From a virus, in the IMG/VR virus record IMGVR_UViG_3300042882_000899, positions 50,961 through 114,960 of that record: a DNA stretch of 64,000 bases. One strand, 5' to 3'. The stretch's first letter is position 1; every line of letters starts with the position of its first letter. A program made the translations under genes and the position numbers. The notes beneath the pieces were generated by a model. It had not been told where the DNA came from and did no database searches. It saw only the letters and a program-made list of their open reading frames with translations. Of this stretch, positions 34,137 to 43,802 are shown piece by piece.

Positions 34137-34469
34137 TTGGCAAGTACAGTATATGATGTAGAAGAGATTGAACTACAAAGCGGAGCTAAAGTAAAGCTCA
34201 AGCCATTATCAATCAAGCAACTACGAAAGTTTATGGAAGTAATTAAGAAAGTGCAAGACGCAGAAGACGAGACAGCAACACTCGGTATTCTTGTTGAGGC
34301 ATGCGGAGTAGCACTAGAGACTCAGCTACCAGATCTCGTTGCAGATCTCGACAAGCTTGAAGATGCACTGGACGTTCCAACAATTAACAGAATCCTTGAA
34401 GTTTGCGGAGGAATTAAGATGGACGACCCAAACCTAATAGCGGCAGCGGTACTGGCTGGTCAGAACTAG
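34137..34469 (+). CDS. Tail assembly chaperone (gpG equivalent)
   Basis: Between tail tube and TMP; TTG start after AGGAGG; slippery site near the end. Confidence 0.85.
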   Translation: MASTVYDVEEIELQSGAKVKLKPLSIKQLRKFMEVIKKVQDAEDETATLGILVEACGVALETQLPDLVADLDKLEDALDVPTINRILEVCGGIKMDDPNLIAAAVLAGQN

Positions 34470-34807
34470 ATTTAGCCGCTTTAGAGGGACAAGTTTTTCT
34501 TTTAGGACATTGGAAGAATTACGAAGATTTAGAAGAAAATTTATCAATGCCAGAATTGATTCAGACCCTAACAGCGATGAATCAAAAAGAACATAACCAG
34601 AGAAAGTTTGCAGCATCACTAAAAGGAATCCAATTAGATGATGATGCAGAAGAAGAAAAAGAAAAAGGTTCTACCTTTGAAGATATCCAAAGAAGAGCTC
34701 TTGGGATTAAAGCATCAGCAGATGATGTTGTTAGTTTACAAGGACCCTTCGCAGCACAAGCTGGATTTGGAATTGGCGCAGGGTTAGGATACTCTAGGAG
34801 TAATTAG
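34137..34807 (+). CDS. Tail assembly chaperone gpGT produced by -1 frameshift (about 223 aa)
   Basis: C CCA AAC heptamer at 34427-34433; the -1 frame is open from there through track ORF 34547..34807. Confidence 0.8.
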
Positions 34808-37800
34808 TGGCTGACGAACAAATTGTAACCTCCATAGTCGCCAAAGCCGACTTGTCTAGCCTTGTGTCTGAAGTACACAGGGCTAGTGCTAGTCTTCAGC
34901 AACTCCAAAGAGAATTACTTGCTTCCAACAAGGCAATTTCTTCTTCAACAAAATTAGCAAACAATTTATTTAGAGACACACTAACTGGAAGCGGACAATT
35001 CTCCAGCCACTTTGTAAACCTTAATTCAGATGTTGATAAGTTCGGTAAGAATTTAGATGCAGGCAGATTAAAGCTTAAAAACTATTTCCAAACTTTTAGA
35101 GAGCATGCTACTACTCAAAAGGGAATGATCAGAGAACTTGCCAAAGAGCAAGTTATGCTTCAAAACTCAGTCCTGCAACCTTTAGGCAGAAATGCTCAAG
35201 GTTTAATGCAGTACAACGTCATGATCCCAAGAGGATTAGATGCTGTAAAGAATAGCGCACAGCTAGCTCGTATGGAACTGCAAATAATGAATCGTGCACT
35301 ATCTGAAGGAGCAGGATCTTTAATTAACTGGGGTAAGAATACTCAGTGGGCAGGTCGTCAGCTTACAGTTGGTCTTACAGTACCATTAACAATGTTTGGT
35401 GCCGCAGCTTCAAAAGCTTTTAGAGAAGCAGACCAAGAGCTCGTAAGACTTACAAAGGTTTATGGTGGACTAGCAGCAACATCTGCAACAGATTTAAAAG
35501 CAATTAGAGAAGAAGTTATTCAGACAGCAAAGTCTTTATCTCAAACAATGGGTGCTTCTTTTAAAGATACAATTGCTTTAGGTGCAGATATTGCAGCAAC
35601 TGGAAAGATGGGTAACGAGCTGCTTGGCTCAATAGAAGAAACAACAAGACTATCTATTCTTGGTGAAGTAGACAGACAAGATGCAATGAAGGCTACACTT
35701 TCAATTCAAACAGCATTTAAGCAGAACACAGAACAACTTACAGAATCAATTAACTTCCTTAACGCAGTTGAAAACCAGACATCTACAACTCTTAACGATT
35801 TAGTAGAAGCTATTCCAAAAGCTGGTCCAGTTATACAGCAACTAGGCGGAAGCATTGAAGACCTAGCTCTCTATATGACAGCAATGAGAGAGGGTGGTAT
35901 TAATGCATCTGAAGGAGCAAACGCATTAAAGTCAGGACTTGCTTCTTTAATTAACCCAACAAAGCAAACAGTTGGAATCATGTCAGACTTCGGTATAGAT
36001 GTAATGGGAATGGTTGCCAAAAATACTGGAAACACAACTGGCATGTTGATGGATCTACAAACTGCTCTTAATAAGCTAGACCCATTGAGTAAAGCAAGAG
36101 CGCTAGAGCAAATGTTTGGAAAGTTCCAGTTTGCAAGAATGAGCGCACTGCTCAATAACCTTGGAAAAGAAGGAAGCCAGACGCTTCAGGTTATGGATTT
36201 AATGAAAGCAAGTACTTCAGATTTGGCTGGTATTGCAGAGCGAGAATTAGGAATGATTACAGAATCTGCATCTGGTAAATACAGAAAGGCTATGGAAAGC
36301 CTAAAGGCAGAGCTAGCAAGCGTAGGAGAAGAGTTCCTCGGTATAGGAACTAAGATTCTAAATGCAGCATCAAAGATTCTGAATTTCTTTACTGAGTTGC
36401 CAACACCAATTAAAAAAGCTCTTACATTTATGGCAGGATTCACAGCATTAGTTGGTCCACTTATTATGTTAACTGGTGTGCTTGCAAACTTCTTCGGCTA
36501 TATAACAAAGGGAATAGTCCAGCTTAGATCTTTCTTTATGAGAGCAAACGGATGGAAAATGCTCACCCCAGAAATTATTGCTGCTCAAAAAGCAGCAGAG
36601 ATGGTTGAGAATGCGTTCTATTCAGATGCAGCAGCAGCTCAAGTTTTACACAACGCATTACAAAAGCTTGTTTTAGATTATCAAAACCTGCAAGCAGCTT
36701 CAATGAAAAATGCAGTTCCTGTAAACCCAGGAGTTAGCACAGTTGATGGAAATGCAGTTGTTGCAGCTGGAAGAAGATTCGTAGACCCTAACGATCCGTA
36801 TGTAGGAGATCCTAATACTAGAGCAATGTCTCACATTAGACCAAGAGATATAAATAACCCAGCAACTATATTTGGCGGGGTACCAGGAGCTATTCCAGTT
36901 AATAGAGGAATATCAAGAACTCCACAAATGTACATGCATGATAGACTTCCAAATATTGAAGGTCTAACAAGCGTTAAGGGGATATCCACAGGAATTGTTC
37001 CAGGAGAAGCAGCTAAGTTCCACGCATTAATGGCAACACTTGGAATGCAAACTGAGCAAGAAGTTGCTACATTAAAGAAGACTATTGCTATGGGCGGAAC
37101 AGTAAGTAGAGAGCTATTAGATACATTTGATGACATACTTCCTATAACTCAAAGATTTGCAAATAGCGCAGCAGAGCAATCTGCATTAATTGTGCAACAA
37201 ATGAGAAATGCTGAAATTACTGTAGACCAAGCAAAGGCAAGAATACTTGCACTAAATGCACAGATAGAAGCAGAAATGGGATCTGCTGTAAGTGCATATG
37301 CAGTAGGCAGAGGACGTACATTAGATTTAACAAAAGCTCCAATGATGAATCAACCAGTTGTTGATGCAAATGGACAATTTACATTAAGAGATTTATATAA
37401 GAAAGAATCCAACAGGGCAGTCATGGAAGAGTTTGGAAGAGTTCGTGGAGTAAGAACATTTGGAGCTCCTTACAGCATTCAGACAACAAGAATGCCTAAG
37501 TTCAATGATGGTGGAGGAGTTGAGTCCTTTGGTCCAGGAAAGACAATGGTATCTGGACCATCTTCAATTAACTATGACGACAGGCTTGGTAGCGTTCCAA
37601 TCGGAGGTTATGTACTAAATCAGTCTGCTTCAATGGACCCAGCGAATGCCCCACTCGTTGAAATGGCTGCAGCTACATATGAAGACGGCGGAAAGATAAC
37701 AGCAGCACTTACTCCACGGGAAGTAGTGTTTGGTCCTAAGATTCAAAGAATGCCTGAGCTGTATGCAGCAGTAGATGCAGCAAATAGCGGATATAGTTTT

Positions 37801-40800
37801 GGCGGTCAGATTATGAGAGGCACATATGGATATGGAAGAGACAGCGTTCTATCAATATGGGCAAAGCTAGTTAACTCTAAAGATTATCCAGTTGTAATTA
37901 AATCAGCAACAGTTGCTTCTGATGCTGCTATATTATCACAGCTTACTGGCATGGATATTAAAGATGCCACAAAGAGAGTTTCTTCAGATTATGATGAAGC
38001 AACAGAGTACGCTAAAAAGGCAGCAAATAAAAATGGAACAAGAAAAACAGAAGAGTTTGTAAAAGCAAGAACAGCCCAGCTTATTAGATTAAGCAAAGAG
38101 TACCCAGGTGCAAATTTAATTTTAGATCAATATTCAAGCAAAAATAAGTACAATCAAAGTGCAAAAGCAGCTGGTATGAAAGCTATAGCTCCTGAAACAT
38201 ATGCAGGAACAATGAGAGCTGTAGTTAAGGATTTAATAGATGATGGAGTTTTAACTCCAGCACAAGCAAAGAAAGTTTTTGGAATTTTAGGAGGAGTAAC
38301 AGATACGTACGATCCAATTTCTAAATCTCACACCATGACTGCACAAAGAAGTGCTTCAATATTCAAGCCAGGCGAATTACAAGCCCTACTTGTTAAAGAA
38401 GGAATGTCAAAAGCAGAAGCAGCAAAATTTGCCGATGTCACTGGAGTTAGATCAAATAATTTTGTTGGTCAGTCGACTGGGCTTGCAAAATCATTTAACA
38501 CTATGGGAAGATGGCTAGAGGTATCAACTGATGGAACTTTTAGAGATGAAGTTTCACCATTTCAAGACGAAGCAAAGGGCAACTTTATATCAGGAATTAA
38601 AAAACTTAAAACTAAGTTGGGAATTACAGGCCCCACAACAATGAAGGAAATTATTAAACAGCTAACATTGATGAGAATGAAATCTGCATCGGGCTTTAAT
38701 TCTAAAATGGTTACAACATTGCGTGGAAAGCTGTCACACATATCGTTTGCAAAACCAGCACTAGGCCCACTTGCTGGAGAATTTAATATGGGCGGAATGA
38801 TTCCAGGTGGATCTATATCTAGAAATAGAAAAAACTACGGAAATCCTGCTCAGTTAATAAAGCTTTTAGCTGCAGATAAGCAGCTAAAGATTTTAGCAAA
38901 AGCTAGAGAATTAAGCTCAAGAGCCCACCTAGGCAAGTTTGCTGATACACCAGTAACTGAATATGGACATCAAATTTCACCTAGCTCTGGTATGAGTTAT
39001 CCTATACCTGGCGTATCTGGATTGTATAAAGTTGATAAGAAAAAAGTTTTCGTTAAAGGCGTAGATCATGAAGTAGTTGCAACACATGAGCCAATCGGAA
39101 CCAGAATTGCAAGAGATCTTTTCGGAATAGAGGCTCCAGTTCAAACAGCTAGAACAGTTGTCAACCCGTTAGATCCAAAAAGAAAAAGCAAGCTGCTTGC
39201 ACTAGAATCAGACTATGATCCACGATTTGCAAACACTAATGTGCCATGGGATGAAGACACGATAATTAGACAGCTTGCTAATTCTCTTCTACTCAACAAT
39301 AAAGACTTATCTAGAGGTAACGTATACGGTAATTTTAACCCAGATGTTGGAAATGCTGGAGTGTTTAAAAAAGCATCTGGAAACACAGCACTTGCAGAAG
39401 CCCATGAAATGAACTCTATGGAAAAGCAAGCAATGATTAATTTACTTGCTGTTAAAGGTGGAGCAAGAAAAGACTTTGCACGTGATACAGCCCCAATAAT
39501 TGCTAAAATGAGCCCAAAAAAATATGGTCGAAAAATGAAAAAGGTGTTAGAGGATGCTCGTCCAAAATTATTACAACTAATAAATGATCTACCTGTAGAT
39601 CTTAGACCACCTTACCAAGCAATGCTCAAAAGATTGGATGATGGAATAGATGTTGATTGGAGTAAGTATCATGCTGTACATTCTAATCCAAAATATCTTA
39701 ATGCTGGAGGGCCAGTTGGTGGAGGACCAATAAAATCAGGAAGACGTGCCTATGGTCGAAAAGACGGGTCACGTAGACCAGGAAACCCTGCCGCCAGAGC
39801 TTCCTGGGAGGCAGAACAACGTGCACAAAGAGAAAGAGATGCAGCAGCAGAAAGATCTAGAGCTTCATCTCGTCAAATTACTGGCCAGCAGGCCTTAACA
39901 AGCGGGCTAGGAAGAGAAGCGGTAAGAACAGGAACAACAAGCTTCTATAATCCTGGGCAAGTAATGGTTAACAATATGCTTGACCCATTTAAAAATTCAG
40001 CAGCAATGAAAGCTCAGTACTTATCAGCAGCTTTTAGATCTATGGGAAATTCAATTAAAGTAGACTCTATGCAGCTAGCAAAAGCCATAGATATAAATGC
40101 AAGGGTTATTACTCAGTCTATAAAGAATACTGCTGCATCTATGAGCAGTGCTGTAAGATCAGCTGCTACATCAACATTAAATTTTGCCAAGAGAGCACAA
40201 AACGCAATCATAAGAGAGCAAAATGCATTTGCAGCAGCTAGATATCCTGTTGGACAAGCACCAGCACAAGGATTCTTTGGCCCAGGTTTTGTTGGAAATT
40301 ATAAGGACATGGGCGATGGTATTCAGTCTAGAAAAGTAGGAACTCTCGGAATGAGAAGAACAGAGTACCTTGTTGATGGAACCAGCATGACTGCAAAGCA
40401 AGCAGCAGCAGCAGGAGTAGTAATACCAAGACGAGCAAACGGTATGAGCATGGGCTCTCAAATGGGAATTGGTATGGCTGGCTCTATGGGCGGAATGGCA
40501 TTGATGAACCAGGAAAAAGTTTTGGGAATGAGTGGAATGCAGGCTGGAATGGGATTAATGGCTGCAACTTCAATCCTTCCAATGCTTCCATGGGCCAAGG
40601 TAGGTACTGGAATAAAATCTGCTGGAACTGCCTTAAAGGGATTTTCATTGACAATGGGAGGGTTAGCAAAATTTGGAGCAATGCTTGCAAGATTTGCTAA
40701 GGGCTTTGGATTAATAGGAGCAGCAATTACCGTTGCAAGTGCTGCATTCAAGATATACAAGGATTATAAGGATGCTCAGCAAGACGCCTCTATGGGTCTT

Positions 40801-43212
40801 TCTATGACAGCAAAAGCTGCAGAGCAAGCTGGAGTAAAATATTTTAATCTTCAGGAAACAATGCAAGGCTACATAGATAAGCAAAAGCTTGTCGCAGCAG
40901 CAGCAAAGGGATCAGAAAATAGCTCTATCGGAATGCCTGGTCTTCCTCAGTCTATAGAAGATATGAAGAAGGCAAAAGAAGAAGGCAAGGGCTTAAAGGA
41001 TCTTATTGAATCTATAAATAGATCAACCAGCACACAAGAAACACAAAGGCTTGTATCAAATCAAAAAGCTCAGTATATAGCAGCTGGAATGAGCATAGAG
41101 GAAGCAAATAAAAAGATATACGGTGCCTTAGCTAATAGCGATAAGGCGTCCCAAGCATATACAATGCTTGCAAATACAGAATTTGGATCAATTATAGATA
41201 AAGCTTCTGCAGCAGAATTTTCTGTTGGTAACCTTGTAAATACTTTAAATAAAGGCCCAGGAACAGCTGATTGGTACAAAGAAGTAGGCAATGGCTTTGA
41301 AGGTCTTATAAATGTTTTCTCTAACGCTACCACTTCATTGGTCGGAACTAAGGACGAGCTTGGAAATGTTATAGATGAGTATGAGGCTTATCAGATAGTT
41401 ATGTCAAAGGCAGAAGCAAATAATCCTGGAATGAATAAGGAAATTGGCGCAGATGCATACAGCAATCTTGAAAGAACACAGCCCCTACTGGCATCGATCA
41501 CAAATCAAACAGATAGTATAAAAGGTATTTTAGCAAAATGGAAACTTTTTACCTCTGGTATCAATGTAGATTTAAGTAAAATTGATTCAACACTAGCAAT
41601 AAAGCTAGCTGGATTTACTTCAGCAATTGGAACAGGAATTGCCGAATTAACTAAAGCTGCTGACAATTCAACAACATATGGAAAAACTGGGGCAGCATTA
41701 TCTAAATTACAAAAAACAATTGCCGCAACTTCTGCAGCCGCCCAAAGAGCAAATGCAGCTTCTCAAAGAAGCGCACAGGAAGAGCTAAAGGCAATTGCAA
41801 AAAAGATCAAGCTTATAGAGGAAGAAAAAAATAAAAAGCTAGAAGCATTAAGAGCAACCCAAGATGCTTCCAACTATGCATTAGAGCTACAGAAGCTACA
41901 AATTGAATATGCTGATGCAGTATCTCGTGGAGATACAGCTGCGGCAGCATCGGCAAGACTAAGCATTGATCAGCTTACTTCAAATAGACAGAGCGATCTT
42001 GCGGCTAAGGCAATTGAAGATGCTGCCAATAAGGCAAAAGCACCTTTAGAAAAAGACGCAGAAAGAATTCAAGATCGTCAAGATAAAAAGAATATTTCTT
42101 TCCAAAATGCTACAGATAATTCTGCAGTAGCTGGAGAAATAATGACAACCATTACTGGGTTTCAAACAAAGTATAATGATTTAACAACTAGAGCAATTAA
42201 CGCAAAGCTTCTTCCTGATAAAGAAAGAGCAGCAGAAGAAGCAAAGATTGTTACAGAACTTGTAGCTCTTATTAAAGAAATACAGAAAGCTGGATCTGGG
42301 AATACTACATCTGCAAAAACAATAAGAGACGCATTTGGCACCTATTTTGACAAAGACGGTAAGCCTATGTCCCCAGGAACCACTACATCAGGATCGCCAA
42401 TAGGATTTGATAAAAATGGTAAGCCTATATTGTCAAGTACTACGACGCCAAGTAAGGGAGTCACAGACGCATTTCAAAAAGACTTAGCTGCAGTAGAAAA
42501 GCTGGCAACATCAATTACTGGAGGAGTAACATTAAAAAATCTTCGTGACGATGTTGTAAGAGCTTTGGGTGGATACAAGTCAACAGCACCAAAGGGTACA
42601 GTAGAATTTGGAAAAGATACAGTTCAGCAAGGAAAAGGCAAAAATGCAATAGAGGCTGCTAAAAATGCAAGATCTTCTGGGTCTTCAAAGATGGTAAGTA
42701 TTAATGATGTTGTATGGTATAGATTCAGCTGGAATGGTAAAGACTACATAAGTAATGATTCTGGAACAGAAGTTTACTCTTGGGATGATCAGAAAAAAAC
42801 TAAGGGTGCTAGGGTTAAAATGGCTGACGGAGGAATGGTTAAACATTTTGGTCCTGGTGGAGGAGTTTACGGTCCAGGAACTGGAACTTCTGACTCTATA
42901 CCAGCTATGCTATCAAATGGAGAATATGTAATTAGAGCTGCATCAGTTCAGGCAGTAGGAGTTCCTATGCTAGATAAGATAAATAAGCTAGCAGGAGGAG
43001 GCATGGTTAGTTATGACATACCTAAGTATTCAGGTGGAGGCAGAGTGAGATTTGCAGATGGAGGCCTTGCTTCCTCTTCAAGTTCATTGTATAATATTAA
43101 TGTACAGCTAAACGGAACCAACTTGACAGCAGATGACGTTGCAGCTTCAATTCATAAAGAAATGAGACTTAGAGAAATGGCTTCTGGCGTAAATAGAAGG
43201 GTTGGTGGATAA
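34807..43212 (+). CDS. Tape measure protein, 2801 aa, with inserted domains including a kinase-like fold
   Basis: N-terminal TMP core (GANALKSGLASLINP), hydrophobic Gly/Ala segments, C-terminal GPGTGTSDSIPAMLSNGEYV motif; position after the chaperones. Confidence 0.92.
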   Translation: MADEQIVTSIVAKADLSSLVSEVHRASASLQQLQRELLASNKAISSSTKLANNLFRDTLTGSGQFSSHFVNLNSDVDKFGKNLDAGRLKLKNYFQTFREHATTQKGMIRELAKEQVMLQNSVLQPLGRNAQGLMQYNVMIPRGLDAVKNSAQLARMELQIMNRALSEGAGSLINWGKNTQWAGRQLTVGLTVPLTMFGAAASKAFREADQELVRLTKVYGGLAATSATDLKAIREEVIQTAKSLSQTMGASFKDTIALGADIAATGKMGNELLGSIEETTRLSILGEVDRQDAMKATLSIQTAFKQNTEQLTESINFLNAVENQTSTTLNDLVEAIPKAGPVIQQLGGSIEDLALYMTAMREGGINASEGANALKSGLASLINPTKQTVGIMSDFGIDVMGMVAKNTGNTTGMLMDLQTALNKLDPLSKARALEQMFGKFQFARMSALLNNLGKEGSQTLQVMDLMKASTSDLAGIAERELGMITESASGKYRKAMESLKAELASVGEEFLGIGTKILNAASKILNFFTELPTPIKKALTFMAGFTALVGPLIMLTGVLANFFGYITKGIVQLRSFFMRANGWKMLTPEIIAAQKAAEMVENAFYSDAAAAQVLHNALQKLVLDYQNLQAASMKNAVPVNPGVSTVDGNAVVAAGRRFVDPNDPYVGDPNTRAMSHIRPRDINNPATIFGGVPGAIPVNRGISRTPQMYMHDRLPNIEGLTSVKGISTGIVPGEAAKFHALMATLGMQTEQEVATLKKTIAMGGTVSRELLDTFDDILPITQRFANSAAEQSALIVQQMRNAEITVDQAKARILALNAQIEAEMGSAVSAYAVGRGRTLDLTKAPMMNQPVVDANGQFTLRDLYKKESNRAVMEEFGRVRGVRTFGAPYSIQTTRMPKFNDGGGVESFGPGKTMVSGPSSINYDDRLGSVPIGGYVLNQSASMDPANAPLVEMAAATYEDGGKITAALTPREVVFGPKIQRMPELYAAVDAANSGYSFGGQIMRGTYGYGRDSVLSIWAKLVNSKDYPVVIKSATVASDAAILSQLTGMDIKDATKRVSSDYDEATEYAKKAANKNGTRKTEEFVKARTAQLIRLSKEYPGANLILDQYSSKNKYNQSAKAAGMKAIAPETYAGTMRAVVKDLIDDGVLTPAQAKKVFGILGGVTDTYDPISKSHTMTAQRSASIFKPGELQALLVKEGMSKAEAAKFADVTGVRSNNFVGQSTGLAKSFNTMGRWLEVSTDGTFRDEVSPFQDEAKGNFISGIKKLKTKLGITGPTTMKEIIKQLTLMRMKSASGFNSKMVTTLRGKLSHISFAKPALGPLAGEFNMGGMIPGGSISRNRKNYGNPAQLIKLLAADKQLKILAKARELSSRAHLGKFADTPVTEYGHQISPSSGMSYPIPGVSGLYKVDKKKVFVKGVDHEVVATHEPIGTRIARDLFGIEAPVQTARTVVNPLDPKRKSKLLALESDYDPRFANTNVPWDEDTIIRQLANSLLLNNKDLSRGNVYGNFNPDVGNAGVFKKASGNTALAEAHEMNSMEKQAMINLLAVKGGARKDFARDTAPIIAKMSPKKYGRKMKKVLEDARPKLLQLINDLPVDLRPPYQAMLKRLDDGIDVDWSKYHAVHSNPKYLNAGGPVGGGPIKSGRRAYGRKDGSRRPGNPAARASWEAEQRAQRERDAAAERSRASSRQITGQQALTSGLGREAVRTGTTSFYNPGQVMVNNMLDPFKNSAAMKAQYLSAAFRSMGNSIKVDSMQLAKAIDINARVITQSIKNTAASMSSAVRSAATSTLNFAKRAQNAIIREQNAFAAARYPVGQAPAQGFFGPGFVGNYKDMGDGIQSRKVGTLGMRRTEYLVDGTSMTAKQAAAAGVVIPRRANGMSMGSQMGIGMAGSMGGMALMNQEKVLGMSGMQAGMGLMAATSILPMLPWAKVGTGIKSAGTALKGFSLTMGGLAKFGAMLARFAKGFGLIGAAITVASAAFKIYKDYKDAQQDASMGLSMTAKAAEQAGVKYFNLQETMQGYIDKQKLVAAAAKGSENSSIGMPGLPQSIEDMKKAKEEGKGLKDLIESINRSTSTQETQRLVSNQKAQYIAAGMSIEEANKKIYGALANSDKASQAYTMLANTEFGSIIDKASAAEFSVGNLVNTLNKGPGTADWYKEVGNGFEGLINVFSNATTSLVGTKDELGNVIDEYEAYQIVMSKAEANNPGMNKEIGADAYSNLERTQPLLASITNQTDSIKGILAKWKLFTSGINVDLSKIDSTLAIKLAGFTSAIGTGIAELTKAADNSTTYGKTGAALSKLQKTIAATSAAAQRANAASQRSAQEELKAIAKKIKLIEEEKNKKLEALRATQDASNYALELQKLQIEYADAVSRGDTAAAASARLSIDQLTSNRQSDLAAKAIEDAANKAKAPLEKDAERIQDRQDKKNISFQNATDNSAVAGEIMTTITGFQTKYNDLTTRAINAKLLPDKERAAEEAKIVTELVALIKEIQKAGSGNTTSAKTIRDAFGTYFDKDGKPMSPGTTTSGSPIGFDKNGKPILSSTTTPSKGVTDAFQKDLAAVEKLATSITGGVTLKNLRDDVVRALGGYKSTAPKGTVEFGKDTVQQGKGKNAIEAAKNARSSGSSKMVSINDVVWYRFSWNGKDYISNDSGTEVYSWDDQKKTKGARVKMADGGMVKHFGPGGGVYGPGTGTSDSIPAMLSNGEYVIRAASVQAVGVPMLDKINKLAGGGMVSYDIPKYSGGGRVRFADGGLASSSSSLYNINVQLNGTNLTADDVAASIHKEMRLREMASGVNRRVGG

Positions 43213-43802
43213 TGAGCTTTCAAAATTTATCAAAAGGCTCAATACTTTACATAGAAGCACTAGACCCATTTGCAATTGATCCAGCAACAAACTCATTCAA
43301 TTATAAAGGCGAAACAGTTGTTGCACCTGGTAATACATATACTGCATCCACAGCAACTACAAATGGTTTATCGCTATCAAGCGCAAACTCTTTAAGATTT
43401 AGAAGACTTACAGAACACAACAGATTACCACTTTCTTTGAATACAGAAAGAATTGAGTCTAGCCAAAGAATGGCAAACGGAGCTCTTAGAAAATATTTTA
43501 TTGCAGATAAGCTAAATCTGAATGTCTCATGGGAAATGATACCTTCGTTTAGAAATGAAACAGTAGATGGAGCATGGGGAGCAGAAGACATAAAGAATTT
43601 TTATGAAAGTGCTGCAGGTCGTGGTCCTTTTAGAATTAAAATTAATCCAACAGTTTTTTCTACTTCTTTAGTTGAGCAGTCAGATGGGGCATTGGCAGAT
43701 GACTATACATATACTATGGCATTTACTTCATGCGATTTCTCTATTATAAAAAGAGGTCTGCAGCCATTTTGGAGCGTCAATATATCCCTGGAGCAGGTAT
43801 GA
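43212..43802 (+). CDS. Distal tail (Dit-like) protein
   Basis: Position after TMP; RMANGALRKY motif. Confidence 0.65.
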   Translation: MSFQNLSKGSILYIEALDPFAIDPATNSFNYKGETVVAPGNTYTASTATTNGLSLSSANSLRFRRLTEHNRLPLSLNTERIESSQRMANGALRKYFIADKLNLNVSWEMIPSFRNETVDGAWGAEDIKNFYESAAGRGPFRIKINPTVFSTSLVEQSDGALADDYTYTMAFTSCDFSIIKRGLQPFWSVNISLEQV

